A stretch of 64,000 nt of DNA from an uncultured Verrucomicrobiae bacterium (lineage in GTDB: Bacteria; Verrucomicrobiota; Verrucomicrobiia; Limisphaerales; UBA11358). The position numbers and the translations under genes are program-made. The notes beneath the pieces are model-generated. The model was not told the origin of the DNA. It saw nothing but the letters and a program-made list of their open reading frames with translations, and did no database searches. Of this stretch, positions 8,512 to 18,685 are shown in pieces. The stretch spans positions 55,310-119,309 of the forward strand of contig CAVRAN010000005.1 of the NCBI GenBank assembly GCA_963719075.1, read 5' to 3'. Numbering within the stretch: position 1 is the first letter of the stretch; each line of letters opens with the position of its first letter.

Positions 8512-9422
8512 GCCAGAAACGAATCATCATCGCCGGCGGCAGCGGCTTTATCGGCGGCGCGCTGGCGAAAGAATTGCTCGCGCGTGATTACGAGGTCGTT
8601 GTGTTGACGCGCTCACCGCGCGAACGAAATGATGGCGTCAGCGAAGCCGCATGGGACGGTGACCACATTGGCGAATGGATAAAATCGTTGGATGGCGCGG
8701 AAGCAATCGTCAATCTCACCGGAAAAAATATCAATTGTCCGCACACGCCGGAAAACGTCCGCGAGATCATGGATTCGCGCGTCAATGCAGTTCGCGCCCT
8801 GGCGGTCGCGCTGCATCACATTTCGACCCCGCCGCGCGTCTGGGTTCAAGCCAGCGCCGTCGGATTTTATGGCGACCAGAAAGATAAAATTTGCCATGAA
8901 AATTCGCCCGCCGGAAATGACACACTGGCGGAGATTTGCCGGCAATGGGAAAACACCTACAACCGTGAAGACATTTCGAAGACGCGCAAAGTTTTGCTGC
9001 GGATCGGTTTTGTGCTCGGACGTGATGGCGGCGCGCTGCCGGTTTTGGAAAAATTGACGAAATGGTTTATGGGCGGCACGGCCGGCAACGGCAAACAATT
9101 CATCAGTTGGATTCACATTACCGATTTGACAAGGATGTTTGTCGAAGCGGTGGAACGCGATAATTTAACCGGCGTGTTCAATGCTGTTGCACCAAATCCG
9201 GTGACGAATGCGGAATTCATGTGCGAATTGCGCCGCGCACTGCATCGTCCCTGGAGTCCGCCTGCGCCGGAATTCGCAGTAAAATTCGGCGCGCGCCTGA
9301 TGAGAAGCGAACCGTCGCTCGCGCTGGCCGGCTGCCGTGTCGCGCCAAAAAGATTACTGGAAAATCATTACCCGTTTCAATTTCCCGAACTACGCGGCGC
9401 GCTGCAAAATCTCTACGAATAA
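8508..9422 (+). CDS. TIGR01777/YfcH-type epimerase family protein (SDR39U1-like)
   Basis: Start MSQKRIIIAGGSGFIGGAL (Rossmann GxxGxxG) overlaps the upstream stop as ATGA. Length is 304 aa. Confidence 0.8.
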   Translation: MSQKRIIIAGGSGFIGGALAKELLARDYEVVVLTRSPRERNDGVSEAAWDGDHIGEWIKSLDGAEAIVNLTGKNINCPHTPENVREIMDSRVNAVRALAVALHHISTPPRVWVQASAVGFYGDQKDKICHENSPAGNDTLAEICRQWENTYNREDISKTRKVLLRIGFVLGRDGGALPVLEKLTKWFMGGTAGNGKQFISWIHITDLTRMFVEAVERDNLTGVFNAVAPNPVTNAEFMCELRRALHRPWSPPAPEFAVKFGARLMRSEPSLALAGCRVAPKRLLENHYPFQFPELRGALQNLYE

Positions 9423-9426
9423 ACCA

Positions 9427-11235
9427 GTGAGCGAAGCTTCCCAAAAAAGATCTGAAGAATTTCTGAAAATCGCCGACCAGTTCAAACTCGGCGCGCTCAT
9501 CACGGAATCATCGCATCCGGTCACGGCTAATTTAAGCGAAGTGGCGAAACAAGACATCGCCGCCGCGCTGAAACTGTTGTTCGACGTGGACGACGACGTG
9601 ATCCGCAAATTCCGCGAATTCATGGAATCGGGCAGAGCGGAGGAAATCAAAGAAGCGGTTTTGCGTTCGCTCAAATCCGGCGGACGGATTTTTTTCACCG
9701 GCTGCGGCTCGACGGGGCGTTTGAGTATCTTGCTGGATTCGGTCTGGCGCGATTTCTGGCGGGAGCGCCGCAACCCGGAATTAGAGAATTGCACGTTTAG
9801 CGTGATGGCGGGCGGCGATTACGCACTCATCAAATCGGTTGAAGGTTTCGAGGATTTCACCGCTTTTGGCAAAAAGCAGATGGCTGATTTCGGCATCTCC
9901 GCAAAAGACGTTGTTTTCGCAATTACCGAAGGTGGGGAGACTTCGTTTGTAATCGGAACGGCGTGGGAAGCCGTGGACGCGGGCGCAAAGGTTTATTTTG
10001 TTTATAATAATTCCGACGACGTGCTTTGCAAAACCGTCGAACGCAGCCGCGAAGTCATTCAAGATTCGCGAATCGAAAAAATAAATCTCACGACCGGGCC
10101 GATGGCCATCACCGGCTCGACGCGGATGCAGGCGACTTCCATTCAACTTTGCGTGATGTTAACCATTTTGGAAATGCTTGTGCGTGACTTGCTCGAAGTT
10201 GAATCGGCGAGTGCGCCCCAAAAGTTTCTGGAAAAGCTGGTCGAATTGCACGCGAGTTTGAAGTCGCCCGAACTGCTGGCCCAACTTGCCAAACTCGTGG
10301 CGCTGGAAGAATCGGTTTATCGCAACGGGCATAAGAACAATTATTTCGCGAACCGTTTCGGCATTGACGTTTTGACGGACACGACGGAGCGTTCGCCGAC
10401 GTATTGCACGCCGCCGTTTCGGAAATTTGACGACGCGATGGCGGCGGAATCGTGGGCATTCTTGTTTTTATCGCCAACGAAAACGCCGGACGCATGGCGG
10501 CATATATTGCAACGCGAACCTCGCTGCGTCGAATGGGGCGAAAACGAAGTGCGGAAATTGGTCAGCGAGGAAAAATTTGCAAGGACGACAGAAACAATTC
10601 GTAAAATAAGTGGGGCGGAATTGATGCGGTTCAAGATCGGTCTGGACGGATTAGTGCATCGCGTTTTGCAGAATGGCGATAGCGCGATTGGTGTTTTGTC
10701 GGAAGTGGAAAAGGATTCATTGCTTTCGCCAGGCGGATTTTATCATGTTCAACTTGAAGCAGCGCGGAAAGCCGGCGCAGAGATTGGGTTGGTTTTTTTC
10801 GGGCGGGAAAAGTCATTTGGAAAAATCAAGGCTCAACAGAGTGTTGCAACCACATACAAATTCACTTTCGTTTCCGTGCCGGAGACAGATCTTCTGCTGG
10901 ACGGCGTGACCCGCGTGGGCGTGAAGCTGGTCATGAACGCGCTCTCGACTTGCACGATGGTGAGGCTGGGGCGTGTGATGGGCAACACGATGATCTGGGT
11001 CGTGGCGAGCAACTTGAAGTTGATTGACCGTGCGACGCGCTACATCGAGCGGCTGACCGGCCTGACTTACGCGCAGGCGAACCATTTGCTGTTTGAGGTC
11101 ATTGAATATGTCGAGCCGCGAATGAAAGCGGACCAAGCCTATCCGCCGGTCGTAGGCATGGCTGCAATGCGCGCGCGGCATGATTTGACAAATGCTCAAG
11201 CCGAAGAACGATTAAACAAAGAAATTTCGTCTTAA
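9427..11235 (+). CDS. SIS-domain protein, glucokinase-regulator/MurQ etherase-like
   Basis: ORF open from 9337; the likely GTG start at 9427 lies just after the upstream stop. ITESSHPVTANLS and FFTGCGSTGRLS are SIS/GckR-like motifs. Confidence 0.6.
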   Translation: MSEASQKRSEEFLKIADQFKLGALITESSHPVTANLSEVAKQDIAAALKLLFDVDDDVIRKFREFMESGRAEEIKEAVLRSLKSGGRIFFTGCGSTGRLSILLDSVWRDFWRERRNPELENCTFSVMAGGDYALIKSVEGFEDFTAFGKKQMADFGISAKDVVFAITEGGETSFVIGTAWEAVDAGAKVYFVYNNSDDVLCKTVERSREVIQDSRIEKINLTTGPMAITGSTRMQATSIQLCVMLTILEMLVRDLLEVESASAPQKFLEKLVELHASLKSPELLAQLAKLVALEESVYRNGHKNNYFANRFGIDVLTDTTERSPTYCTPPFRKFDDAMAAESWAFLFLSPTKTPDAWRHILQREPRCVEWGENEVRKLVSEEKFARTTETIRKISGAELMRFKIGLDGLVHRVLQNGDSAIGVLSEVEKDSLLSPGGFYHVQLEAARKAGAEIGLVFFGREKSFGKIKAQQSVATTYKFTFVSVPETDLLLDGVTRVGVKLVMNALSTCTMVRLGRVMGNTMIWVVASNLKLIDRATRYIERLTGLTYAQANHLLFEVIEYVEPRMKADQAYPPVVGMAAMRARHDLTNAQAEERLNKEISS

Positions 11236-11363
11236 AAGAAATGTAAAAGGTCGGGATATTTTTACGCCATGGCCGTTAGGACATTTAGAATACATTCCGC
11301 TTTTGAAATTTGCGCACAGGCTTCTATCTTGCTGTTGATGATTTTGATTTCTATAATTCAGCG

Positions 11364-12668
11364 GTGCTCGATATCAAACTGATTCGCGAAAAGCCGGATT
11401 TTGTCCGTGAACGCCTCGCCACGCGCGGGGCAGGGGACGAAAAACTTATCGATTGGATTCTTCAGGCCGATGAACAGTGGCGGAAATTTCTGGCGGAGGT
11501 CGAATCGCTCAAATCGCAGCGCAATCGCGTGTCGAAAGAAATCGGCACGTTGATGGGACAGAAAAAAATAGCGGAGGCTGAGGCAAAGAAAAAAGAAGCG
11601 GGTGATTTTGGCAGCCGGATCGGGGAACTAGATAAGCTCGCCGCCAAAGCCGAGGCAGACCGCGATGAATTAATGCTGCGCGTGCCGAACCTGCCACACG
11701 AATCCGTCGCCATCGGAAAAACCGCCGATGAAAATCCGGTCGTGCGCGTCCACGGCGAGAAAATCAATTTCGCCTTCAAACCAAAATCGCACATCGAACT
11801 CTGTGAATCGCTCAAGCTGGTGGATTTCGCGCGCGGCGCAAAACTTTCTGGCAGCGGATTTTTGCTCTACACAAATTGGGGCGCGCGGCTGGAACGCGCG
11901 TTGATTCAATTTCTTCTCGATTTGCATATTTCGGAACACGGCTACACGGAAGTTTCGCCTCCGCTCATGGTTGGCGAGCAATGTCTTGTCGGCGTGGGAC
12001 AATTTCCAAAATTCAAAGACCAGTATTATGGCGTGGCCGAGGGCGATGATGCAAAAAATCTTGGCAAACTTTATTTGATTCCGACGGCGGAAACGCCCGT
12101 GGCTAACATTCATCGCGAAGAAATTTTGCCGGAGAAACAACTGCCGATTTTTTATTGCGCTTACAGCCCGTGTTTTCGCGCGGAAGCGGGTGCGGCGGGC
12201 GTCGGCACGCGCGGCATGATTCGCGTGCATCAATTCGACAAAGTTGAATTGATCAAAATCGTGAAGCCGGAAAATGCCTACGACGAATTGGAAAAACTCG
12301 TCGGTAACGCGGAAATAGTTTTGCAACTGCTCGGCCTGCATTATCGCGTCATCATGCTTTGCACCGGCGACATGGGTTTCACCAGCGCGAAGACTTACGA
12401 CATCGAAGTCTGGGCGCCAGGGCAGGGGAGTTATCTCGAAGTTTCAAGCTGCTCGAACTGCGAAGATTTTCAATCGCGCCGGATGCAACTTCGCTTCAAG
12501 CCGGAAGCGGGTGGCGAAAATAAATTTCCGCACATCCTCAACGGCAGCGGCACGGCGCTGGCGCGGTTGTTCGTCGCGTTGCTTGAAACGCACCAACAGC
12601 CAGATGGTGGCATTTTAATTCCAAAAGTATTGCAACCGTATTTGAAAACGGAACGTATCAGCACGTAA
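11364..12668 (+). CDS. serS: seryl-tRNA synthetase
   Basis: Start at VLDIKLIREKPDFVRERL (GTG 11364). It shows class II aaRS motifs and the typical SerRS coiled-coil arm. The ORF is open from 11310. Confidence 0.93.
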   Translation: MLDIKLIREKPDFVRERLATRGAGDEKLIDWILQADEQWRKFLAEVESLKSQRNRVSKEIGTLMGQKKIAEAEAKKKEAGDFGSRIGELDKLAAKAEADRDELMLRVPNLPHESVAIGKTADENPVVRVHGEKINFAFKPKSHIELCESLKLVDFARGAKLSGSGFLLYTNWGARLERALIQFLLDLHISEHGYTEVSPPLMVGEQCLVGVGQFPKFKDQYYGVAEGDDAKNLGKLYLIPTAETPVANIHREEILPEKQLPIFYCAYSPCFRAEAGAAGVGTRGMIRVHQFDKVELIKIVKPENAYDELEKLVGNAEIVLQLLGLHYRVIMLCTGDMGFTSAKTYDIEVWAPGQGSYLEVSSCSNCEDFQSRRMQLRFKPEAGGENKFPHILNGSGTALARLFVALLETHQQPDGGILIPKVLQPYLKTERIST

Positions 12669-12690
12669 TCTTTAAATTATTTTCCATGCG

Positions 12691-14139
12691 ATGAAAATTC
12701 TGCTCGCCAGCAGTGAAGTCCATCCATTCTCCAAAACCGGCGGGCTGGCGGACATGGTCGGCGCTCTTGGTAAAACATTGGCGCGCGCGGGTCACAAAGC
12801 GGTGATTGTCACGCCGCTGTATCGTGGAATCCGAGAACAATTTCCGAAAATGCAGCGCATGGATTGGCAATTCGATTTGCCACTAGGAACAAGCCGTGTG
12901 CAGGGGGAATTGTTTTTGCTCGAAATTGAAAAGGGACTCACGATTTATTTCATTCAACAGCCGGATTTCTACAATCGCGCGGGATATTATTTTGAAAACA
13001 ACGTCAGTTATCCGGACAATGCCGGGCGGTTTATTTTTTTCTCGAAGTGTGTGGCGCATCTTGCACGTTATTTGCCGTGGCAACCGGATATCATCCATGT
13101 TCATGATTGGCAGGTCGCGCTGGTGCCGGCATTGATATTGCAACAAAAGCGGGAAGGGTGGAGAAATCCACCGCCGACATGCCTGACGATTCACAATCTG
13201 GCGTATCAGGGAATTTTCCAAGCGGGCGCATTTAATTTGACAAATTTGCCGGGCCAGTTTTTCACGATTGAGGGCGCAGAATTTTACGGACAGTTAAATT
13301 GTCTGAAGGCTGGAATTGTTTTTGCCGACGCAATTACGACGGTCAGTCCGCGTTATGCGCGGGAAATCACGACCGAAGAATTTGGCTGCGGCTTGGACGG
13401 TTTGCTGCGCAAGCGTAGCGACCGACTTTTTGGAATTCTTAACGGGGTGGACTATGAGGAATGGAATCCAGCGAGCGATTCTTTTCTGGATCATTCATAT
13501 TCTGTCACGCGTCTTGCAGGGAAAAACGCCAACAAACTTGCCTTGCAGGAAGAATTTGGCTTGCCGCAAACGAAAAGAGTTCCTTTGTTCGGCACGATTT
13601 CGCGACTGGCCGACCAAAAAGGCGTGGACATCCAACTCGGCGCACTGGAAGAAATGTTGAGTGCAGACATTCAATTCGTCCTGCTCGGTAGCGGCTCGTC
13701 AGCTTATGAACACAGTTATCATGAACTTGCGCGGCGTTTTCCATCAAAGGTCGCCGTCCACATTGGATATGACGAAGGTCTGGCGCATCGCATCGAGGCC
13801 GCGTGCGATTTTTTTTTGATGCCATCGCGTTATGAACCGAGCGGTTTGAACCAGATGTATAGTTTGCGATACGGTTGCATTCCTATTGTCCGCGCAACCG
13901 GCGGCTTGGATGACAGTGTGATTGACTTTTCACAAGACGCGGCGCGCGTCAATGGAATCAAGTTTCGGGAATATTCATCGCGCGCATTGGCAAAAGCCAT
14001 TCGCAAGGCGCTGGCGCTATATCAACGGCTGGATCTGTTGCGACGCTATCGGCGAAATGCCATGAAAGCCGACTTTTCGTGGGAACGATCCGTAAACGAA
14101 TACCTAAAAGCCTACCAATCGGTTTTATTCAAAAGTTAG
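12691..14139 (+). CDS. glgA: glycogen synthase
   Basis: 482 aa. MKILLASSEVHPFSKTGGLADMVGAL is the canonical GlgA N-terminus. Confidence 0.93.
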   Translation: MKILLASSEVHPFSKTGGLADMVGALGKTLARAGHKAVIVTPLYRGIREQFPKMQRMDWQFDLPLGTSRVQGELFLLEIEKGLTIYFIQQPDFYNRAGYYFENNVSYPDNAGRFIFFSKCVAHLARYLPWQPDIIHVHDWQVALVPALILQQKREGWRNPPPTCLTIHNLAYQGIFQAGAFNLTNLPGQFFTIEGAEFYGQLNCLKAGIVFADAITTVSPRYAREITTEEFGCGLDGLLRKRSDRLFGILNGVDYEEWNPASDSFLDHSYSVTRLAGKNANKLALQEEFGLPQTKRVPLFGTISRLADQKGVDIQLGALEEMLSADIQFVLLGSGSSAYEHSYHELARRFPSKVAVHIGYDEGLAHRIEAACDFFLMPSRYEPSGLNQMYSLRYGCIPIVRATGGLDDSVIDFSQDAARVNGIKFREYSSRALAKAIRKALALYQRLDLLRRYRRNAMKADFSWERSVNEYLKAYQSVLFKS

Positions 14140-14551
14140 TGGCGGATGAATTAGTCGTCTGAGGGGCGTTCTCGTTAAGCTGAACAAGATTTGCAAACCG
14201 GCGCGCGCGGTCGGTAACGGCTGGGCGAGGATGATCTACTTCCGACGGCGCATTCCATAAAATGTAAAATTCAAAGTCCGTCGGTAAACGTTTGTGGCTG
14301 GCTTGAAAATTATCGATTCGCGGACGAATAATGTTTTGCGCTACTAACAGCGCGATTTTTGAATCATGCGGATCGCCGCCCGGCCAAAATTGTGGCTGAA
14401 TTTGAAAACGTGAAATCTCGCCGCCGGGACCAGTGGCGTTGTCATTATCGCCGCTTTCAAGCATCGAAAGAGCCGACCAACGATCCATCGCCGACGCAAT
14501 CCCCGCCAACCAAAGGCCGCAGACAACCAAAATGACCAATCGAATTCTCAT
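14129..14551 (-). CDS. small secreted lysozyme-like / lytic transglycosylase-like protein
   Basis: 140 aa with a signal peptide. ESGDNDNATGPGGEISRFQIQ resembles the SLT catalytic ES...G..G..Q motif. Its 3' end overlaps glgA by 11 nt (convergent genes). Confidence 0.5.
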   Translation of the reverse strand: MRIRLVILVVCGLWLAGIASAMDRWSALSMLESGDNDNATGPGGEISRFQIQPQFWPGGDPHDSKIALLVAQNIIRPRIDNFQASHKRLPTDFEFYILWNAPSEVDHPRPAVTDRARRFANLVQLNENAPQTTNSSATNF

Positions 14552-14673
14552 CTAATGCCAAAGAATAGCAGTTTATAGGTCATAAACAAGTTATCAAGTA
14601 TTAAATATAACAAACATTGTGCAACTTTTATTATATACTTATCCGATATTTGACAACTATCGTTTAGACATAC

Positions 14674-15906
14674 CTATTGAGAGATAAGCCGGAAGAAGCT
14701 GCTACTGTTGGAGGGTGAAAGGACGATTTCATCTTGTAGGTTACTGAAATTGAGCGCGGGTTTGTTCGTCAACGTTACCCAATTCGCCGTGCTCAAATCC
14801 GGTTTTTGCTGTAGCACAAAATTTGTGGAAGGCACAGTCCAAGAAAGGGCAACGTTGCTAAGTAAAGATTTGAGGTTTAACCGTGGTGCGGGTGTAGATT
14901 GCAAAGTATAAATGGGACTCAATGCAAAGTTGGCACTTACAGCTGCTACTAATTTGTTACCATCCGCCGAAGATCCAACACCAGCCCAAAATGAACTGGG
15001 GATACTATTCGATATCCATGTTACTCCCGCATCCATTGAGGTATAAATTGGACCATTTTTGACTGCCGCTATCAATTTGGTTCCGTCTGCGGAACACGCG
15101 ACCGCCTGCCAATTCGTACTCGGCGCGCTGCTTGGCATCCAAGCGGTTCCGCCGTTTGTCGAAATGTAGATCGGACCGCCGTTGACCACTGCCACCAGTT
15201 TGGTTTTATCCGCCGAACACGCGACGGCCTGCCAATTCGTATTCGGTGCACTGTTCTGCCCTTCCGGTAAATACAATGGGGATTTGTTAACGGTAGAGAA
15301 AGACGAAAACGAACCGTTTGTCATCCAAGTGGTTCCCGCATTCGTCGAGACGCAAATCGGGCCGTTGGTGGCGACGACTGCCAATAGGCTGCCGTCCGCC
15401 GAACATGCTATGGAAATCCAATCCTCATTAGGTGCGCTGCTGAGGATCCAAGTGTTTCCTGTATCTGTTGAGACATAAATTGCGCCGTTAGTAGCGGCAG
15501 CTACTATTTCGCTGCCTTCTGCAGAACACGAGATGGACGTCCAATATTCGTAAGGTGAGTTGTTCGTTGTCCAAACTGCTCCCGAATTGGTTGAAACGAA
15601 AATCGGTCCAGCAGAGTTGTAGCCAGTTGCTACCGCCAACACGGTTCCATCTGCTGAAGAGGTGACAGCAGTGCTGTAATAACCGTTGTTCAAGTTCACC
15701 GAAAACCATTGGTACCCTGAATTAGTCGAAAACCAAACCGGACCATTGGTAAGTACCGCCACCACTTTGGTTCCGTCTGCCGAGGTGGCAACACCAGTCC
15801 AAGGAAGATAGCCCTCATGGGCTTGTGTCCAAGTCTGAGCAAACGCGGAATTAACAGCAGTGAGCAAGCCACAAAAAATTATTACCGCTGGCAGCAGAAT
15901 TTTCAT
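14674..15906 (-). CDS. secreted BNR/Ycf48-like repeat protein with FYRL-type C-terminal domain
   Basis: 410 aa with a signal peptide. There are ~8 repeats of W..(V/I)A(C/S)SADG.KLVA....GPIY.S.. type. The C-terminus ends SFFRLISQ. Confidence 0.65.
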   Translation of the reverse strand: MKILLPAVIIFCGLLTAVNSAFAQTWTQAHEGYLPWTGVATSADGTKVVAVLTNGPVWFSTNSGYQWFSVNLNNGYYSTAVTSSADGTVLAVATGYNSAGPIFVSTNSGAVWTTNNSPYEYWTSISCSAEGSEIVAAATNGAIYVSTDTGNTWILSSAPNEDWISIACSADGSLLAVVATNGPICVSTNAGTTWMTNGSFSSFSTVNKSPLYLPEGQNSAPNTNWQAVACSADKTKLVAVVNGGPIYISTNGGTAWMPSSAPSTNWQAVACSADGTKLIAAVKNGPIYTSMDAGVTWISNSIPSSFWAGVGSSADGNKLVAAVSANFALSPIYTLQSTPAPRLNLKSLLSNVALSWTVPSTNFVLQQKPDLSTANWVTLTNKPALNFSNLQDEIVLSPSNSSSFFRLISQ

Positions 15907-16000
15907 TCGGTGTACTTATTCAATCATTTCGTAAATGTTTTGCCAAGTTGATTTTGCGCTTCACATTGACAAGTCCCCTGCCCTGCGACAATTTGCGCGC

Positions 16001-16939
16001 ATGGCAAAACCTGCATTGGGACGTGGTCTTGGCGCATTACTCGGCGGCAGCCCAGTTCTGACTAAACCTGCAACTGCGCCAGTCGTTCAATCCCCTGCTC
16101 CAATTCCAACAATTACGCCTGCCCTCGACTCGCGCGAGCGCGTGCAGCGCGTGCCGTTGAATCGCATTCGTCCATCAGCGTTACAGCCGCGCAAACAATT
16201 TTCCGAGGAATCTTTGCGCGAGCTAGCCGATTCCATCCGGGAACAGGGTATCGTGCAGCCGCTTATTGTGCGGGCGCGCGGGGATTTTTTTGAATTGATT
16301 GCTGGCGAACGCCGCTGGCGCGCGGCACAGCTTTTGAATTTGCCGGAAGTTCCTGTCATCACGCGCGAGGCTGATGACCGCGCGGTTTTGGAACTGGCGC
16401 TCATCGAAAATCTGCAGCGCGAAAACCTGAACGCGATTGAAGAGGCGCATGGTTACGCGCAATTGGCAGAGCAGTTTCAGCTCACGCAGGAACAAATCGC
16501 GGCAAAAGTCGGCAAGAGCCGCGCCGCCGTGGCGAACGCAATGCGGTTGATGAAACTTTCAGAAACGATCCAAAAATATATCCGCGATGGACGGCTTTCG
16601 GTGGGACACGCAAAAGTTATTCTCGGTCTTGCGGATGAAAAGAGTCAAAGACTCGCCGCTGAACGCGTCATCAAAGATGGTCTGAATGTCAGACAGACCG
16701 AGGGTTTGGTCGCCAAGCTACAAAAGCGCGGTTCGCGGAAAACGGAAGCTGATGTCAAAACCGGGGCCGTTCTAATTGGTGATCCGCATGTCGCGGATTT
16801 GGAGGCGAAGTTGCGCGAAATTTTTGCGACGAAAGTAAAATTGAATTATATTCAAGGGAAGGGCGCGCTGGAAATCTCCTTTTTCAGCGACGAGGAACTG
16901 GAACGCATTCTACAGATTATTGGTGTAAGGGCGGATTAG
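16001..16939 (+). CDS. parB: chromosome partitioning protein ParB
   Basis: Start MAKPALGRGLGALLG. It has the GERRWRAA box and an HTH. The ORF is open from 15935. Confidence 0.9.
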   Translation: MAKPALGRGLGALLGGSPVLTKPATAPVVQSPAPIPTITPALDSRERVQRVPLNRIRPSALQPRKQFSEESLRELADSIREQGIVQPLIVRARGDFFELIAGERRWRAAQLLNLPEVPVITREADDRAVLELALIENLQRENLNAIEEAHGYAQLAEQFQLTQEQIAAKVGKSRAAVANAMRLMKLSETIQKYIRDGRLSVGHAKVILGLADEKSQRLAAERVIKDGLNVRQTEGLVAKLQKRGSRKTEADVKTGAVLIGDPHVADLEAKLREIFATKVKLNYIQGKGALEISFFSDEELERILQIIGVRAD

Positions 16940-16980
16940 AAATTGCGCATCATTACCGATTCCGGCAGAATTTTCCATAA

Positions 16981-18105
16981 ATGAACACTCCTGAATTACG
17001 CGAACAGTGTGCGCAAAAACTGCTGGCCGGTGAAGCCGCAGCAAAAAAAATGTCGGCGTTCGTTGGCCTCGACGGTTTTGTGGATGAGATTTTACACGTC
17101 GTGGACAAGCGCGAAAGCGCGGATTCGTTTCAACGTCTGACAACCATTTCAAAACTCGCCGAGCGTCTGGCGGGTGCGGCGGGCAAAAGTGCGAACATTG
17201 AAATCGTCAATCGCGTTACCAAGCTGGGCGGCAACGGGCCGATCATGGCCAACGCGCTGGCAAGTCTCGGGCTAAAGGTCGCCTATCTCGGGAATCTCGG
17301 CTGGCCGCATTTGCATCCGATTTTTGCGGATTTTGCAAAGCGCGCGGAAGTTTATTCAATAGCCGAACCGGGCCACACGGACGCGCTCGAATTTGAAGAT
17401 GGCAAAATCATGATGGGCAAACATTCGTCGTTGAAGGATGTAAATTGGGCGAACATTCAATCCCGCTTCGGGCGAGACAAATTCGCCGCAAAATTAGCCG
17501 GCGCGGATTTGGTCGGTTTCGTGAACTGGACGATGCTGACCTACATGGGAGAAATCTGGGAAGCCCTGTTGAAGGAAATTTGCCCGACGCTGAAGGGTAA
17601 ACGGCGTTTAATGTTTTTCGATCTGGCCGATCCGGAAAAGCGCAAGCCAGAGGACATCCGGCGCGCACTGGAAACAATCGTTAAATTTGGAAATTTTTTT
17701 GACGTGATCCTGGGGTTGAACGAAAAGGAAGCCTATGAAATCAGTGATGTTCTGGGATTGAAAATCCGCGATAAATCTTCGGACGGACTTTCCGTGCTGG
17801 CATTGGAAATAAACAAGCAGGTGCCGGTTAGCACGCTGGTGATTCATCCTGTCACCTATGCGTTGGCGGCGAGTAAAGGCGCAGTTTCGCTGGTGCAAGG
17901 CCCGTTCACACCAAAACCGCTCATCACGACCGGTGCGGGCGATCATTTTAATTCCGGCTTTTGCCTCGGCAAACTGCTCGGCCTTGACAACGCGCTGAGC
18001 GTTTTAACCGGCGTCACGACTAGCGGTCATTACGTTCGCACAGCGCAAAGCCCAAGCATTTCTGATTTGGCAAAAACTCTTCGGTCGTGGCCGACGCAAG
18101 ATTAA
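16981..18105 (+). CDS. PfkB-family sugar kinase
   Basis: 374 aa with GGNGPIMANALA and the C-terminal TGAGDHFNSGF (PfkB signature 2). Confidence 0.7.
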   Translation: MNTPELREQCAQKLLAGEAAAKKMSAFVGLDGFVDEILHVVDKRESADSFQRLTTISKLAERLAGAAGKSANIEIVNRVTKLGGNGPIMANALASLGLKVAYLGNLGWPHLHPIFADFAKRAEVYSIAEPGHTDALEFEDGKIMMGKHSSLKDVNWANIQSRFGRDKFAAKLAGADLVGFVNWTMLTYMGEIWEALLKEICPTLKGKRRLMFFDLADPEKRKPEDIRRALETIVKFGNFFDVILGLNEKEAYEISDVLGLKIRDKSSDGLSVLALEINKQVPVSTLVIHPVTYALAASKGAVSLVQGPFTPKPLITTGAGDHFNSGFCLGKLLGLDNALSVLTGVTTSGHYVRTAQSPSISDLAKTLRSWPTQD

Positions 18106-18684
18106 ATGATCCTGCCCGTTGTCAAATACGGCCATCCGGTTCTTCGCCAAAAAGGTGCGCGCATTGAAAAAGTCACGCCGGAAATCAAAAAGCTCATCAC
18201 GGACATGTTTGAAACGATGCACGAAAAAAACGGCGTCGGTCTCGCGGCGCAGCAAATCGGACGCGCGTTGCAACTTACGGTTATTGACGTGCCGGAAATT
18301 GAAGACCGTCCGGCGTGGATGGAAATCAGCGGCAAGCGTGTCAAATTGGAAGAGCACATGCCGCTGGTTTTGATTAATCCGGAAATCAAACCGGTTGGTG
18401 AAATGATCGCGGGCGGCGAAGGCTGCCTGAGCTTTCCGGAAATTTTTGCCGAAATCAAACGCGCTGATTCAGTGGATGTGAAGGCGACGAATGAAAAAGG
18501 CAAGCAGGTCGAATTTCGCGGTGGTGGTCTGCTTGCGCGCGCGGTGCTGCATGAGATGGATCACTTGAACGGTATTTTGTTCATTGACCGGATGGACAAA
18601 AAAACCAAGGAATCATTTCGGGAGGAACTCGATGTTCTTCAAGCCGCGACGAAGGCAGAATTGGAATCGGCGCGGAAAAAGTGA
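18106..18684 (+). CDS. def: peptide deformylase
   Basis: GVGLAAQQIG, EGCLSFP and HEMDHLNG motifs are present. Confidence 0.93.
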   Translation: MILPVVKYGHPVLRQKGARIEKVTPEIKKLITDMFETMHEKNGVGLAAQQIGRALQLTVIDVPEIEDRPAWMEISGKRVKLEEHMPLVLINPEIKPVGEMIAGGEGCLSFPEIFAEIKRADSVDVKATNEKGKQVEFRGGGLLARAVLHEMDHLNGILFIDRMDKKTKESFREELDVLQAATKAELESARKK

Positions 18685-18685
18685 T

